From contig CAWHOE010000035.1 in assembly GCA_963830915.1 (NCBI GenBank), forward strand, positions 32,001 through 96,000: a stretch of 64,000 nucleotides of DNA, in the 5' to 3' direction. Made by a program: the position numbers and the translations under genes. The DNA comes from a candidate division FCPU426 bacterium (GTDB taxonomy: Bacteria; Oederibacteriota; Muellerivitia; Muellerivitales; Muellerivitaceae). The notes below the pieces were generated by a model. That model searched no databases. It was not told the DNA's origin and saw nothing but the letters and a program-made list of their open reading frames with translations. Of the stretch, positions 1 to 12,150 are shown piece by piece. The stretch's first letter is position 1. Every line of letters starts with the position of its first letter.

Positions 1-398
<398 letters not shown>

Positions 399-3300
399 TT
401 AATTAGAATTCTTCATGAGTTTCACATCCAAACAAAGCCCTTGAAGTTCCTTCACCAAAACGTTGAAGGATTCGGGAACCCCCGGCTCGGGAGAATTCTT
501 CCCTTTCACGATCGCCTCATAAACCTTCGTCCGGCCTTGCACATCGTCCGATTTAACCGTCAAAAGCTCCTGCAAGGTATAAGCCGCTCCATAGGCCTCT
601 AGAGCCCAAACTTCCATTTCACCAAAACGTTGACCTCCAAATTGAGCTTTGCCGCCCAACGGCTGCTGTGTGATCAAGGAATAGGGCCCAATGGAACGAG
701 CGTGGATCTTGTCATCAACCAAGTGAGCCAGTTTAAGGATATAGATATATCCCACGGTCACTTCTTGATCGAAAGACTCTCCCGTCATCCCGTCATATAG
801 CGTGATCTTTCCCGATTCTGGCAAACCTTGTTCAGCAAGAGCTTCTTTAATTTCATCTTCCTTCGCGCCGTCGAAAACGGGGGAAGCCACGTGATACCCA
901 CCCTCAAAAGCAGCCCATCCCAAGTGGGTTTCCAATATTTGTCCCACGTTCATACGCGAAGGAACGCCCAGAGGATTCAAGATGATATCGACCGGCCTTC
1001 CGTCGGGTAGATAAGGCATGTCTTCCACTGGAACAATCTTGGAAACGACGCCCTTGTTGCCATGACGTCCCGCCATCTTATCGCCAACAGACAATTTACG
1101 TTTTTTTGCCACATAAACTTTTACCAATTTAATGACGCCCGGAGGAAGCTCATCGCCCTTTTTGACTTTCTCTATCTCGTTATTTTTCTCTCGCTCAATT
1201 TCCCGGACGCGGCTCTCCAAAACCTCTTTCAAACGCTTGCTTTCTTCTTCGAAAGCCTCATCCAGGGAAGCCTTTTCAGATTTGTTCAAATCCTTGGCTT
1301 TTTCTTCCGTTTGAGCTCTTAGCGAAGCAATTCGGTTTTCATTTTCTTTTTCCAACTGCTTGATTTTATGGATCGAATCTTTTTCTATGGATTTCAAAAG
1401 CGCAGCGTCTCGCCCTTTGATTTTCTCGTCTTTTTCCTTACGTTTGAAAACCTTGACGTCAATGACTTTTCCCTCAACTCCCGGCGGCACCCTCAAAGAG
1501 GCGTCGCGGACATCACCAGCTTTTTCCCCAAAAATGGCTCTTAAAAGTTTTTCCTCTGGTGTCAGTTCCGTTTCGCCCTTTGGAGTAACTTTGCCGACCA
1601 TGATATCCCCTGGAACTACCTCGGCTCCGACCCGGATAATGCCATCCTCATCTAAATCTTTTAGGGCCTCATCTCCGACATTGGGTATATCCCTGGTTAT
1701 TTCTTCTTTTCCTAATTTCGTATCACGAGCCTCAAGCTCAAATTCCTCAATATGAACCGAGGTGAAATAATCCTCTCGAACCAATTTTTCAGAAACGATA
1801 ATAGCGTCCTCAAAGTTGAAACCCCTCCAAGGCATGAACGCCACGAGAAGATTTCTTCCTAACGCCAACTCTCCTTGATCCGTTGAGGGACCATCGGCGA
1901 TCACATCCCCCTTTTTCACCTTCTCGCCTTTTTTGACAATGGGGCGTTGGTTTATGCAAGTATCTTGATTGGATCTTTTGTATTTGGTCAATTTATAGAT
2001 ATCAACGGATCCTGTTGCGTCCATTTCATCCGCAAAAATGATGATCTCATCGGATGAAACTCCGGCAATCACGCCATCCCTTTTAGCAATCAATAATACG
2101 CCTGAATCATAGGCGGCTTTGTACTCCATACCAGTTCCTACGAATGGGGCCTCTGTTCGGATAAGAGGAACAGCTTGTCGTTGCATATTCGAACCCATCA
2201 AAGCGCGGTTAGCATCGTCATGTTCCAGGAATGGGATCAAGGAGGTGGCCACAGAGAAAAGCTGACGAGGAGAAACATCCATATAATGGATATCATTCGG
2301 CGCCACTAACGGAAAGTCATCCTTATAACGAGCCGCAATAATATCGGAATTGAACTTGTTACTTTCATCCAAAGGCGTATTAGCCTGGGCAATAACGAAT
2401 TTATCCGCATCGTCCGCCGGCAAGAATTCGATCTTTTTACCCACACGACCACTTTCGACCTTACGTAATGGTGTGGTCACAAAGCCGTATTCGTTGATCT
2501 GCGCATACGTTGATAAGGACGCGATCAAACCAATGTTCGGACCTTCCGGTGTCTCGATCGGACATACCCGGCCGTAATGAGTGTGATGAACGTCCCGGAC
2601 CTCAAAGCCAGCCCTTTCCCGATTTAAACCACCAGGCCCTAGAGCCGACAAACGCCTTTTGTGGGTCAACTCAGCAAGCGGATTGGTTTGGTCCATGAAT
2701 TGAGACAGCTGGGAAGTACCAAAGAATTCCTTGACTGCCGCGGTTATCGGTTTGGTCGAAATTAATTGACTGGGCATCGGATTCATGTCCATATCAACTA
2801 TCGACATACGCTCCCGTACGGCTCTTTCCATGCGGGTAAAACCAAGACGCAATTTGTTTTCCAATAATTCACCAGCCGTGCGAACACGCCTGTTGCCCAA
2901 ATGATCGATATCGTCTTTATCGCCGTTACCATTACAGAGATTGAACAAATAGCGGATTATGCAGACGAGATCTTCTTTTGAAATGGTTCGCTGATCAAGC
3001 GCTGTCTTGAGCGACAGCTTTTTGTTCATCTTGTAACGTCCCACTTTCGCCAAATCATACCGTTTTTTATTAAAGAACAGATTGTCCATCAGGTTTTTAG
3101 CATTCTCGAGGGTTGGCGGATCCCCAGGACGCATTTTTTTATAGATTTCAACCGACGCCGTTTCGGTCGAATGGGTATTGTCTTTACGTAACGTGTTAAG
3201 AATAGAAACATCGTTTGGATTCGACGGAACAGCTTTGACTTGTTTCACGCCTTGTTTCTTCAGAACAGCGACCACTTCCGGAGTGAAATCAGCTCCTGCT

Positions 3301-4088
3301 TCCACGATGACTTCGCCCGTTTCAGGGTCCACAACATCCTGGGCAGCGGCTTTACCTTGGAGCTTCTTTTCAGAGATATCGGAATTCTCGACCTCAAAGA
3401 AAATTTTCAAAATGTCCTCATCGCTGGAAAAACCCCAAGAGCGAAGCAACGTACTCGCGACGAACTTTCTTTTACGATCGATACGGGCATAAAGGATCCC
3501 GTTCACATCGAATTCAAACTCCAGCCAAGAGCCGTGATACGGAATCACACTCGCCATATAGATCTTCTTGCCCGAGACGGACAATTTCCCGTCGTCTTCA
3601 TCAAAAGTAACACCAGGCGACCGATGCAATTGGGAAACAATGACCCGTTCGGCGCCATTGATCATGAAAGTTCCTCGATCGGTCATCATGGGCAGGTCGC
3701 AGAAGAAAACCTCTTGTTCTCGGATATCTTTTACTTTCTTTGTACCCGTTTCAGGGTCCTCTTCGCGGATAACCAACCGAAGGGTCACCTTCATGGGGAC
3801 TGAATACGTCATTCCTCTTTCCTGACATTCACGAACGTTATATTTAGGTTCCAATAAGCTATAGGAAACGAATTCTAGCGATGAAACCTCATTGAAGTCC
3901 CATATTGGGAATACGCTATTGAAAACGGATTGAAGACCTTGATCAGGCCTTTGATCGGGGGCTGATTCCCGTTGAAGAAACGCTTCATAGGATTTTCTTT
4001 GAAACTCTATAAGATCAGGCATTTCCATGATGGTGGGGATACGGCTAAAATCAATGCGTTCGCGACGACCATATTTCACTTTTTTCAC
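399..4088 (-). CDS. rpoB: RNA polymerase beta subunit
   Basis: [52 protein letters not shown]. Start moved to GTG 4088 behind SD GGAGG (ORF track 4205). Confidence 0.99.
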   Translation of the reverse strand: MKKVKYGRRERIDFSRIPTIMEMPDLIEFQRKSYEAFLQRESAPDQRPDQGLQSVFNSVFPIWDFNEVSSLEFVSYSLLEPKYNVRECQERGMTYSVPMKVTLRLVIREEDPETGTKKVKDIREQEVFFCDLPMMTDRGTFMINGAERVIVSQLHRSPGVTFDEDDGKLSVSGKKIYMASVIPYHGSWLEFEFDVNGILYARIDRKRKFVASTLLRSWGFSSDEDILKIFFEVENSDISEKKLQGKAAAQDVVDPETGEVIVEAGADFTPEVVAVLKKQGVKQVKAVPSNPNDVSILNTLRKDNTHSTETASVEIYKKMRPGDPPTLENAKNLMDNLFFNKKRYDLAKVGRYKMNKKLSLKTALDQRTISKEDLVCIIRYLFNLCNGNGDKDDIDHLGNRRVRTAGELLENKLRLGFTRMERAVRERMSIVDMDMNPMPSQLISTKPITAAVKEFFGTSQLSQFMDQTNPLAELTHKRRLSALGPGGLNRERAGFEVRDVHHTHYGRVCPIETPEGPNIGLIASLSTYAQINEYGFVTTPLRKVESGRVGKKIEFLPADDADKFVIAQANTPLDESNKFNSDIIAARYKDDFPLVAPNDIHYMDVSPRQLFSVATSLIPFLEHDDANRALMGSNMQRQAVPLIRTEAPFVGTGMEYKAAYDSGVLLIAKRDGVIAGVSSDEIIIFADEMDATGSVDIYKLTKYKRSNQDTCINQRPIVKKGEKVKKGDVIADGPSTDQGELALGRNLLVAFMPWRGFNFEDAIIVSEKLVREDYFTSVHIEEFELEARDTKLGKEEITRDIPNVGDEALKDLDEDGIIRVGAEVVPGDIMVGKVTPKGETELTPEEKLLRAIFGEKAGDVRDASLRVPPGVEGKVIDVKVFKRKEKDEKIKGRDAALLKSIEKDSIHKIKQLEKENENRIASLRAQTEEKAKDLNKSEKASLDEAFEEESKRLKEVLESRVREIEREKNNEIEKVKKGDELPPGVIKLVKVYVAKKRKLSVGDKMAGRHGNKGVVSKIVPVEDMPYLPDGRPVDIILNPLGVPSRMNVGQILETHLGWAAFEGGYHVASPVFDGAKEDEIKEALAEQGLPESGKITLYDGMTGESFDQEVTVGYIYILKLAHLVDDKIHARSIGPYSLITQQPLGGKAQFGGQRFGEMEVWALEAYGAAYTLQELLTVKSDDVQGRTKVYEAIVKGKNSPEPGVPESFNVLVKELQGLCLDVKLMKNSN

Positions 4089-4175
4089 AAAAAATCCTCC
4101 GGAACAGAAAAGGGATGAAAATGCCACGAAAAAAAAACGAGAAAAGGGTTTTCTCGTTTGGGGCAAAGAGGGGTG

Positions 4176-4205
4176 ATTATACAGAGATGATAAAAGACAA
4201 GTCAA
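4176..4205 (-). promoter_or_regulatory. sigma70-type promoter for rpoBC
   Basis: TTGACT-N18-TATAAT on the minus strand between prmC and rpoB. Confidence 0.7.
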
Positions 4206-4212
4206 TAAATAC

Positions 4213-5091
4213 TTATTTTTTAAGCACTAATATCCTAGGTAATCCCCTTAGGTCTGGACTTATAGAAACCTCAACCCCCCGGTTTTTAAATAGTAATTCT
4301 ATTTTTTCTGCACGATCTTGATGTATTTCGAGGAAAGCCACCCCTCCCGGCGCCAAATATTTCACCAGATCTGGGGCTAATTTTTCAAAGGCATCAAGGC
4401 CCGTTTCCCCTGCATAAAGGGCTTCCGAAGGTTCAAAAAGGGCTACTTCTGGCTCCAATTCCCCCTTTTCCTTAATCGCTATATAGGGTGGATTGGTGAC
4501 AATTACTTGGTATTGTTTGGGATCTCCTCCTTGCAGCGCTTCAAACCAACTACCAAGACGCCACTGGATAGGTCTTTTCGCGTTTAGAGAAATCTCATTT
4601 TCTTTAGCGATTTCCAAGGCTTTTTCAGAAAGATCCACAGCCCAAGCATGGCACGGAAGTGAATTAACAATCGACAAGACAATACAGCCGCTACCCGTTC
4701 CAAGATCCAATAAAGTTCGTTTATCCTCTGGTATCGTTTTTAACCATTCCAAAGCTTTCTCAACCAAAAGTTCCGTTTCAGGTCTGGGGATCAGCACTCC
4801 GGGAGTAACCTTAAAGGGATAACCAAAAAATTCTCTTTTTCCCAGGATATATTGAAGCGGTTCACGGTTTATTCGACGTTTGATCAATTCCCTTATTTTT
4901 GTAAGCTCTTCCTTATCCAGTGGACGGTCATATTGCAAATAAACCTTTAAACGATTGATCCCTAAAACAAAAGCCATCAAGCATTCGATATCAAAACGAG
5001 CGTTTGCGATACCCTTTTGGGTTAAAAAAGGCACAGCCCATTGGATGATCTTAAGCGGAGTCCAAATTTCAGGGTCATTTTGATTGTTCAG
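4213..5091 (-). CDS. prmC: release factor glutamine methyltransferase PrmC/HemK
   Basis: [30 protein letters not shown]; follows prfA. Frame stays open to CTG 5091 ([12 protein letters not shown]), upstream of the tracked GTG 5034. Confidence 0.95.
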   Translation of the reverse strand: MNNQNDPEIWTPLKIIQWAVPFLTQKGIANARFDIECLMAFVLGINRLKVYLQYDRPLDKEELTKIRELIKRRINREPLQYILGKREFFGYPFKVTPGVLIPRPETELLVEKALEWLKTIPEDKRTLLDLGTGSGCIVLSIVNSLPCHAWAVDLSEKALEIAKENEISLNAKRPIQWRLGSWFEALQGGDPKQYQVIVTNPPYIAIKEKGELEPEVALFEPSEALYAGETGLDAFEKLAPDLVKYLAPGGVAFLEIHQDRAEKIELLFKNRGVEVSISPDLRGLPRILVLKK

Positions 5092-5139
5092 GGATTTAAA
5101 CCTCTTGGTAATGAAAACAATTTTTTGCGGATGGGTGGT

Positions 5140-6207
5140 TTAAAGAGTTTCTTGCAATTGTTCCTCTTGAAAAGCCAAAGCTAAAGCATCCAGGAATTCC
5201 GTCAATTCCCCTTCCATCACCCGATCCAATTGATAAAGCGTCATGCCGATCCGATGATCCGTCACCCTATTTTGGGGATAATTATAAGTCCTTATTTTCT
5301 CGCTTCGGTCTCCGCTTCCGACTTGGCTTTTTCGGTTAGCGGATTCTTTCATACGGGCTTCCTCGTCGGTTTTTTCCTTCAATCTTGCGTAAAGAACTTT
5401 CATGGCTTTAGCTTTGTTTTTAAGCTGGGATCTTTCATCCTGACATTGAACCACCAGGCCGGAAGGTATATGCGTGATGCGGACTGCTGAATAAGTGGTA
5501 TTAACGCTTTGGCCCCCAGCTCCCGAAGAGCAAAATGTGTCGAGCCTTATATCCGAATCCTTGATTTGTACATCCACCTGATCCACTTCGGCTAAAACCG
5601 CCACGGTCGCCGCCGAGGTATGGATACGTCCCGAAGCCTCGGTACGAGGCACTCTTTGGACTCTATGGGTTCCACTTTCGAATCTAAAACGACCAAAAGC
5701 CCCTTTGCCCAGGATTGAAAATACGATTTCCTTGAAACCGCCGATTTCTGTTTGACTGGAATCGATCAATTCCATTTTATAACCCAATTTTTCGATACAC
5801 CTGGAATACATCCTGAATAGATCCGCCGCGAACAGGGCCGCTTCCCCTCCTCCCGTTCCAGCACGGATCTCCATGATGGCGTTCTTGTCACCGTTCGGAT
5901 CCTTGGGAATAAGAAGGATTTTCAACTCTTTTATCGATTCTTCCAATTTCCGATCGAGAACCGGTATCTCGGCTTGTGCGAGTGTTTTCATTTCGGCATC
6001 GCCAGCGGTCAGCATGGAATTGGCTTCCTCACGCTCGCGAAGGAACCGATGATATTCCCTTGTTTTTTCTATCAAGGGCTGAAGGTCGGCGTGTTCTTTT
6101 GTTAATTTTTGCAATTCCGAGGAATTGGGAATGGTATCAGGACGCATCAAACGTTCGGACAATTCCTGATAGCGTTTTTCTGCCTGTTGAAGTTTTAGTT
6201 CTATCAT
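5140..6207 (-). CDS. prfA: peptide chain release factor 1
   Basis: GGQ motif (GAGGQSVNT), PxT motif (PRT), [20 protein letters not shown]. Confidence 0.98.
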   Translation of the reverse strand: MIELKLQQAEKRYQELSERLMRPDTIPNSSELQKLTKEHADLQPLIEKTREYHRFLREREEANSMLTAGDAEMKTLAQAEIPVLDRKLEESIKELKILLIPKDPNGDKNAIMEIRAGTGGGEAALFAADLFRMYSRCIEKLGYKMELIDSSQTEIGGFKEIVFSILGKGAFGRFRFESGTHRVQRVPRTEASGRIHTSAATVAVLAEVDQVDVQIKDSDIRLDTFCSSGAGGQSVNTTYSAVRITHIPSGLVVQCQDERSQLKNKAKAMKVLYARLKEKTDEEARMKESANRKSQVGSGDRSEKIRTYNYPQNRVTDHRIGMTLYQLDRVMEGELTEFLDALALAFQEEQLQETL

Positions 6208-6254
6208 GAGATGAAATGCTTCTTAAAAAATTTTAGTTTTAGGTTTTTTTTGAG

Positions 6255-6282
6255 AAAAAACCCCTCGAGGAGCCTCGAGGGG
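6255..6282 (-). terminator. intrinsic terminator after rpmE
   Basis: Inverted repeat CCCCTCGAGG-ag-CCTCGAGGGG followed by T6 on the minus strand. Confidence 0.8.
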
Positions 6283-6300
6283 CATTGGCGGAAAGGGAAG

Positions 6301-6612
6301 CTATGAATTCTTTTCAGCGGGAGGAGGAGCGGCCAGTCTCTTGGCTTTTTTCGCGGCAGCTGCAACGGCTCTGGCTTCTTCACGAGCCTTATGTTCTGCC
6401 TGGACCGTGGCGGCGGTAGCGGATTTTTTCTGGAATTTCTCCACTCGTCCAGCCATATCCAGAAGTTTTATCTTACCGGTGAAAAACGGATGGCAGGCGG
6501 AACAAACTTCAACGGAATAGGTTTCACCCTTCGTCGAGGCTGTCTCGATCACATTACCGCAGGCGCAAGTGATCCGAGTTTTAAAATACTTTGGATGAAT
6601 TCCAGTTTTCAT
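6301..6612 (-). CDS. rpmE: 50S ribosomal protein L31 (Zn-binding type A) with Ala/Lys-rich C-terminal tail
   Basis: [30 protein letters not shown]. Confidence 0.97.
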   Translation of the reverse strand: MKTGIHPKYFKTRITCACGNVIETASTKGETYSVEVCSACHPFFTGKIKLLDMAGRVEKFQKKSATAATVQAEHKAREEARAVAAAAKKAKRLAAPPPAEKNS

Positions 6613-6777
6613 TCTGTTGGCTCCGTATGATTATTACAACCGTCCATGACAAATCGGTCAGGAACAGGGTGGATAGTTTATTCAAATTACAAAAAAAATC
6701 AACAACCGAAGAATTAATAACCAAGAAAGCAGAAGAAAGGCCGGCTTTTTTGCCAAACCTAGCTGGACCTTGATCTA

Positions 6778-7707
6778 TTACTGGACTAAATATAATAAAG
6801 GATTTTGGGGTTTTCCATTCAAGCGTATCTCGAAATGCAAATGGGGGCCAGTGACCTTACCCGTTTGGCCAACTTTCCCTATCAATTCCCCTCTTTTGAC
6901 AAATTGGCCATTTTTTAAAAGTATTTCATCCAAATGCGCATACCACGATGTAAGGCCGCCCCCATGGTCCAGAACGATGACCCTGCCATAACCGGCCTTG
7001 ATCCCTGTGAAAATAGCTTGTCCATCCTGGGAAGCAACAACCCGGGCATGCCATCCTGGCGCTAAATCCAATCCTGAGTGGAAGGCCATCTTTCCAGTGA
7101 TGGGATGACGCCTCATCCCGAAACCATCCGCAAAACGGCCGGTGGTGGGCTTAAGGAACCCCTTCTGGACTTGAAGGGAAACCAAAGAAATCCACCTAAC
7201 ATCCGAACGAGAAAGATATGCGGCTCCTGGAAGGATCAAAACTTCCCCAGGTTTAATATCTTGATCGCCTTTTTTATGGTTGGCCTTTAACACCTCTTTT
7301 AACGGAATCCCATAAGCACGAGAAATATCGGCCAACCCCTGTCCTTGCCGAACCACATGAAAGATTGCATCCCTATCGGGTATAGCAATAGTGGTATCCG
7401 CCTTTGGTTCGATCTGGAAATTAGCCTGATTAAGGCTTCTAAGCGCTGCTTCGGAAACGTGAAAACGTGCGGCAAGCCCGTTAAAAGTGTCCCCAGGAAC
7501 CGTATGGTAGATGGAAAACTTCACGCCTGGAACATTTAAAAATGGGGTGAAATCCAAAAGGGTATCGGTGACTTTCGCCGGGGATGAAACTAGATAGGAC
7601 ATAAACGCCGGTTGGTATTGATAAACAAACCAACCCAACAAACCCAACCAGATCAAGATTAGGACCGTCGCAACGGATAAGTAGACCCGTCGAACGAATG
7701 GGTCCAT
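6778..7707 (-). CDS. membrane-anchored LysM-LysM-M23 peptidoglycan endopeptidase
   Basis: N-terminal TM; two LysM-like repeats (YHTVPGDT, HVVRQGQG); intact M23 ligands HSGLD, YAHL, GPHLHFE. Confidence 0.9.
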   Translation of the reverse strand: MDPFVRRVYLSVATVLILIWLGLLGWFVYQYQPAFMSYLVSSPAKVTDTLLDFTPFLNVPGVKFSIYHTVPGDTFNGLAARFHVSEAALRSLNQANFQIEPKADTTIAIPDRDAIFHVVRQGQGLADISRAYGIPLKEVLKANHKKGDQDIKPGEVLILPGAAYLSRSDVRWISLVSLQVQKGFLKPTTGRFADGFGMRRHPITGKMAFHSGLDLAPGWHARVVASQDGQAIFTGIKAGYGRVIVLDHGGGLTSWYAHLDEILLKNGQFVKRGELIGKVGQTGKVTGPHLHFEIRLNGKPQNPLLYLVQ

Positions 7708-7710
7708 GTG

Positions 7711-8970
7711 TTAGTCGTTGACCGTGCCCTTCATGGATTCCAAAAAGGCTTTGTTGGATTTGGTCCTACGCATCTTATCCAACAGAAATTCCATGGCCTC
7801 CACCGGGTTATTGGGGTTAAGTATCTTTCGTAAGATCCAAACCTTGTTCAATTCCTCTTCGGTTAAAAGCAACTCTTCCCGGCGTGTTCCTGAACGGGTG
7901 ATATCAAAGGCGGGGAATACCCTTCGGTCGGCCAATTTCCTGTCCAGGATGATTTCCATATTTCCAGTACCTTTGAATTCTTCAAATATGACTTCATCCA
8001 TTCGGCTACCCGTATCGATCAGAGCGGTGGCCATGATGGTTAAGCTTCCACCCTCCTCGATATCACGAGCGGCACCGAAGAAACGTTTGGGGCGTTGCAA
8101 TGCGTTCGAATCCACACCTCCCGACAAAACCTTACCGGATGATGGGACAATCGTGTTATAGGCTCTGCCCAATCGGGTAATGGAATCCAAAAGGATGACC
8201 ACATCACGCTTATGTTCCACTAATCGCTTGGCCTTTTCGATGATGATCTCCGCGACGGTCACATGGCGTTCTGGCGGTTCATCGAATGTCGAGGAAACCA
8301 CTTCGCCTTTGACAGAGCGTTGCATATCGGTGACCTCTTCAGGTCTTTCATCGATCAACAGTACGATCAAGTAAATTTCCGGGTGATTTTTTGTGATGCT
8401 GTTGGCTATCTTTTGCAGGAGTATGGTTTTTCCTGTTCTGGGAGGGGCCACGATGAGTCCTCGCTGACCTTTCCCCAGGGGGATCAATAGATCCATTACC
8501 CTCGTGGACATATCATCCGGGCTTGTTTCCAACCATATCCGATGGTTGGGATAAATGGGTGTCAAGTTATCAAAAAGGACTTTCTGTTTGACCGCATCTG
8601 GCGGTTCGAAATTGATACTGTCCACTTTCAAAAGAGCGAAATAACGTTCCCCTTCCTTTGGGGGACGGACCTGACCCGTCACCGTGTCGCCAGTCCGTAA
8701 GTTGAATCGACGGATTTGGGATGGGGAAACATAAATGTCATCCGGACCAGGAAGATAATTATAGTTGGCGGACCTCAAAAAACCGAAACCATCCGGTAGG
8801 ATTTCTAGGACCCCTTCGGCATTGATGACGCCGTTTCGCTGGGTCTGGGTTTCCAGGAGCTTGAAGATCAGATCCTGTTTCTTCATGGAGCTGACCCCTT
8901 CCAGGTTCAACTCCCTCGCGAGATCAGTGAGCTCGGCGATGGTTTTCTTTTTCAGGTCCGCGATGTCCAT
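7711..8970 (-). CDS. rho: transcription termination factor Rho
   Basis: [44 protein letters not shown]. Confidence 0.99.
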   Translation of the reverse strand: MDIADLKKKTIAELTDLARELNLEGVSSMKKQDLIFKLLETQTQRNGVINAEGVLEILPDGFGFLRSANYNYLPGPDDIYVSPSQIRRFNLRTGDTVTGQVRPPKEGERYFALLKVDSINFEPPDAVKQKVLFDNLTPIYPNHRIWLETSPDDMSTRVMDLLIPLGKGQRGLIVAPPRTGKTILLQKIANSITKNHPEIYLIVLLIDERPEEVTDMQRSVKGEVVSSTFDEPPERHVTVAEIIIEKAKRLVEHKRDVVILLDSITRLGRAYNTIVPSSGKVLSGGVDSNALQRPKRFFGAARDIEEGGSLTIMATALIDTGSRMDEVIFEEFKGTGNMEIILDRKLADRRVFPAFDITRSGTRREELLLTEEELNKVWILRKILNPNNPVEAMEFLLDKMRRTKSNKAFLESMKGTVND

Positions 8971-9220
8971 AAAAACGGTGATCCTTTCTAAATACCACCC
9001 AGCCCTATCGAATGGCTGATGGTGTGTAATGGGTAAATCGAGAAGTAAATATAACTATTTTCAACCGTGATTTTGAAACAAGACCTAATCGACACTATCC
9101 GCTTTAAACCGCAAGATTCCTTTTGCTTTAATGCACTTTATGGATTTTGAAAATGGGTTTGGGGGTCGTTCCATCGGGAATTAATGAGGATAAAAACTGA
9201 TATATGTTGGTGATGCGGTT

Positions 9221-9249
9221 ATCCTACCCACCCCCCCAGAAGGTGTCAA
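9221..9249 (-). promoter_or_regulatory. sigma70-type promoter for rho
   Basis: TTGACA-N17-TAGGAT; spacer contains G7. Confidence 0.75.
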
Positions 9250-9288
9250 CTTCTTTTTTACCAAGTTCCCGCACCCTCACTTAACCGT

Positions 9289-10683
9289 TCAGATAGGATA
9301 AGCCACCACGCAATTCCTTCCCCTTCCTTTGGCGGCGTAAAGTGCCTGATCGGATTTGCCGATCAAGTCCAAGCTGGTTTGGGCGTCTTCGGGATAAGTG
9401 GCGACCCCAATGGAGATCGTCACTCGGGTAGTTTCTTTGCCGATGGCGAACGAGTAGTTCTCGACGGACTTTCGGATCTTTTCCGCCAATTCAATGACCT
9501 GATCTTTGGTCGTCTCCGAAGCGATCAAGACCATTTCCTCACCGCCATACCGAGCCGCCAAATGGGCGACATCCGATTGGTCCCGAAGGATCTTGGCTAC
9601 ATCCATCAGGACATGGTCCCCGGCCACGTGTCCATAGGAGTCGTTGTAATGTTTGAAATGATCAATATCAAGGATCAATAAACTCAAAGGTGAAGAATAG
9701 CGGTTTGCTAGGATCATCTCCTCTTCCAAACGTTGCTTGAAATATCGATGTGAATAAAGCTTGGTTAATCCATCCGTGATAGAAAGCTTCTGGACCTTTT
9801 CATAGAGCAGGGATTTTTGCAGCCCGATCGAGATCTGATTGCAGAATATCTGGAAATTCATGAACTTTTCCTGATCCAAAAGACTTTCTTTCAGGGAATA
9901 GGAACAAATGAATCCAATGACCCTGTCTTGGACCAAGAAAGGCATGAAGACGAAGGATCGTATTGGTAAATGCCCCCATTTGGCGAACCTTTGATTCTGT
10001 TCCATGGTGGGCATCCAAACCGGCTTTTTCTCCCGAGCCAACACGGCTCCGATCTGACTGGACTCTATATCCAATTCGAAAGATTTTAAGAACACCTCGT
10101 CACAACCCGAAACGATCTTGACCTCGTATTTTTTACCATCGTTGGAAAGCACGGCAATGATGAAATGAGGAAGTTCGAACATTCTTTCCGTGAAATCCTT
10201 GGCCAGTTCGATCATTTCCTGGACATTCAAAGTACTTCCCGCCTCTTTGATCACATCGTATAAATGCTCGATCTGGCGGAGCTGTTTCTCGATCTGGTTG
10301 TTCTTTTTTTTCACGTCATCGGCCTGGTTTCGGATCGATTGATATTGACTTTCCCGCTCTTGGAATTCCGAATCGAATTGGGTCTTGACCCGATCATGGC
10401 TTTTCTGGATGAAAGCGGGGGTCAAGGAAAGAAACAAGATCCCCATTACTTCGGGCAGAACCCAACTTTGGGGATACCAGTGAAAAAGAACCTTGCCTGC
10501 CAGCGCCCCGGCCGCGAATGTGATCAAGAACCACTTGGCGATTTGCGGAAACTTAAATTGGAATGTCACGATGAAAAAAACAGGCGACCCGATCACAAAA
10601 GAACTGGCCCCCGGCAGCAAAGCCAATAAAAGAAAGAGAAGGGCTAAAACAGGCCCGGTGATGAGCGGGGATAATTCAGGCAT
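9289..10683 (-). CDS. membrane sensor diguanylate cyclase (TM-coiled coil-GAF-GGDEF)
   Basis: TDGLTKLY, LDIDHFKHYNDSYGHVAGD, RYGGEEM, ALYAAKGRGRN. Confidence 0.92.
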   Translation of the reverse strand: MPELSPLITGPVLALLFLLLALLPGASSFVIGSPVFFIVTFQFKFPQIAKWFLITFAAGALAGKVLFHWYPQSWVLPEVMGILFLSLTPAFIQKSHDRVKTQFDSEFQERESQYQSIRNQADDVKKKNNQIEKQLRQIEHLYDVIKEAGSTLNVQEMIELAKDFTERMFELPHFIIAVLSNDGKKYEVKIVSGCDEVFLKSFELDIESSQIGAVLAREKKPVWMPTMEQNQRFAKWGHLPIRSFVFMPFLVQDRVIGFICSYSLKESLLDQEKFMNFQIFCNQISIGLQKSLLYEKVQKLSITDGLTKLYSHRYFKQRLEEEMILANRYSSPLSLLILDIDHFKHYNDSYGHVAGDHVLMDVAKILRDQSDVAHLAARYGGEEMVLIASETTKDQVIELAEKIRKSVENYSFAIGKETTRVTISIGVATYPEDAQTSLDLIGKSDQALYAAKGRGRNCVVAYPI

Positions 10684-12148
10684 TTTCCCCCCCTATCTTG
10701 GCCAAACGCACGCAATTCTTCCCTTCCCCTTTCGCCCGATAAAGGGCTTGGTCGGCCGAATCGATGAAAGTTTCCACGGTCTTTAAATCCTGGCTCAGCT
10801 CTGTGACCCCGATACTAACGGTGATGTGGGTGGATTGCTGACCGGCCAAGATTTCCTGGTCCGCCACCTTCTGGCGTATACGTTCCGCAACGGTTTTCGC
10901 GCCCATTGACGGGGTTTTAAGCAAGAGAACCGAGAACTCCTCGCCCCCATAGCGAGCGACCAGGTCGACCGTACGAACAGTCTCTTTCAATACCTGGGCC
11001 ACCACTTTCAAGACTCGATCCCCGACCAAATGGCCGTAGCGGTCGTTATAACTTTTGAAGTTGTCCACATCGATCATCATCAGGCAAAGAGGCAAATTAT
11101 GCTCGATCGCCCGGTAGACTTCATCCCGGACCCTTTCCTTGTAATACCTTTGGACATAAAGCCCGGTCAATCCATCCGTGATTGCCAATTCAATGGTCTG
11201 TCGATAAAGCGCCACATGCTCCAGCGCGACCGTTCCCAAATCGGCGAAATTGGACAATAGTCTGGCGTTTTCTTGCCGAAAAGCTCCCGAAAAAAAACTC
11301 TCCATTCTTATCAATCCCAGGATCTCATTCCCAGCCATGAGGGGCGCTGAAACTAGACTGCTCACGCCGCTTGCGGGTGGCGCGCTTTGAAAGCGGAAAT
11401 CATTCGTGGCATCGCTGATGACCAATGGTTTTCCTTGGGCCACAACCCAAGCGTTGAAGGCCTCGGCAGGATTCAGCCTCTCGCGGTTGAGTCTTACATC
11501 CATCTCAGTATCCACGCTATAACGAACAGCGTGGAGCGCCTTTCCGATACTGCTATCGAACAATAGGAGAGAATAGACCCCTCCAGGGGCCATGAAGGTT
11601 TTGGAGATGGTCTCGATCAATAAAACCACCACATCCTGTGTTTTGAAGGTCATGGCCAAGCTTCGAGCCAATTCATTCAGGGCTGTATACCGATGGATCT
11701 TGATCTGATTGGCCTGGTAGGCCGTTTTGACTTTGACCAACTCCGCTCGGGTATCATTGGTATTGATCTCGACCTCATCCATGGATTTTTGAAAATGGAA
11801 CTCCCTCTTTTCTTTTTCATGGGTCCATCGGTACCAATAATAATAATTGAGGGATATCCCGATAATGAACGTGATCAGGATCCAAGCAGGCGCGTTGACC
11901 GTGGTCAGGTTGAATAAGGCCACCAGAATAACGCCGATCGACAATATCGCGGTGGAAGCGAGACTTAATAGCACTGAAGAAAGGGCAATGGGTATATAGA
12001 ACAGAAGAAGGCAGGAAAAAAGATTTCCATCGTGGCGGAGCGTCTCATAACACCCGTAACAGGACAAAAAAAACGCGCCCAGGACCAACACCCATCTCCG
12101 AAAGGCGTTCAACCTTTCAAAAGCTGAGAATAGATCGGTTGAGTTCAT
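10676..12148 (-). CDS. membrane sensor diguanylate cyclase (TM-coiled coil-GAF-GGDEF)
   Basis: TDGLTGLY, IDVDNFKSYNDRYGH, RTVD I-site, RYGGEEF. Start set to ATG 12148 just after the coaE stop. Confidence 0.92.
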   Translation of the reverse strand: MNSTDLFSAFERLNAFRRWVLVLGAFFLSCYGCYETLRHDGNLFSCLLLFYIPIALSSVLLSLASTAILSIGVILVALFNLTTVNAPAWILITFIIGISLNYYYWYRWTHEKEKREFHFQKSMDEVEINTNDTRAELVKVKTAYQANQIKIHRYTALNELARSLAMTFKTQDVVVLLIETISKTFMAPGGVYSLLLFDSSIGKALHAVRYSVDTEMDVRLNRERLNPAEAFNAWVVAQGKPLVISDATNDFRFQSAPPASGVSSLVSAPLMAGNEILGLIRMESFFSGAFRQENARLLSNFADLGTVALEHVALYRQTIELAITDGLTGLYVQRYYKERVRDEVYRAIEHNLPLCLMMIDVDNFKSYNDRYGHLVGDRVLKVVAQVLKETVRTVDLVARYGGEEFSVLLLKTPSMGAKTVAERIRQKVADQEILAGQQSTHITVSIGVTELSQDLKTVETFIDSADQALYRAKGEGKNCVRLAKIGGENA

Positions 12149-12150
12149 TA

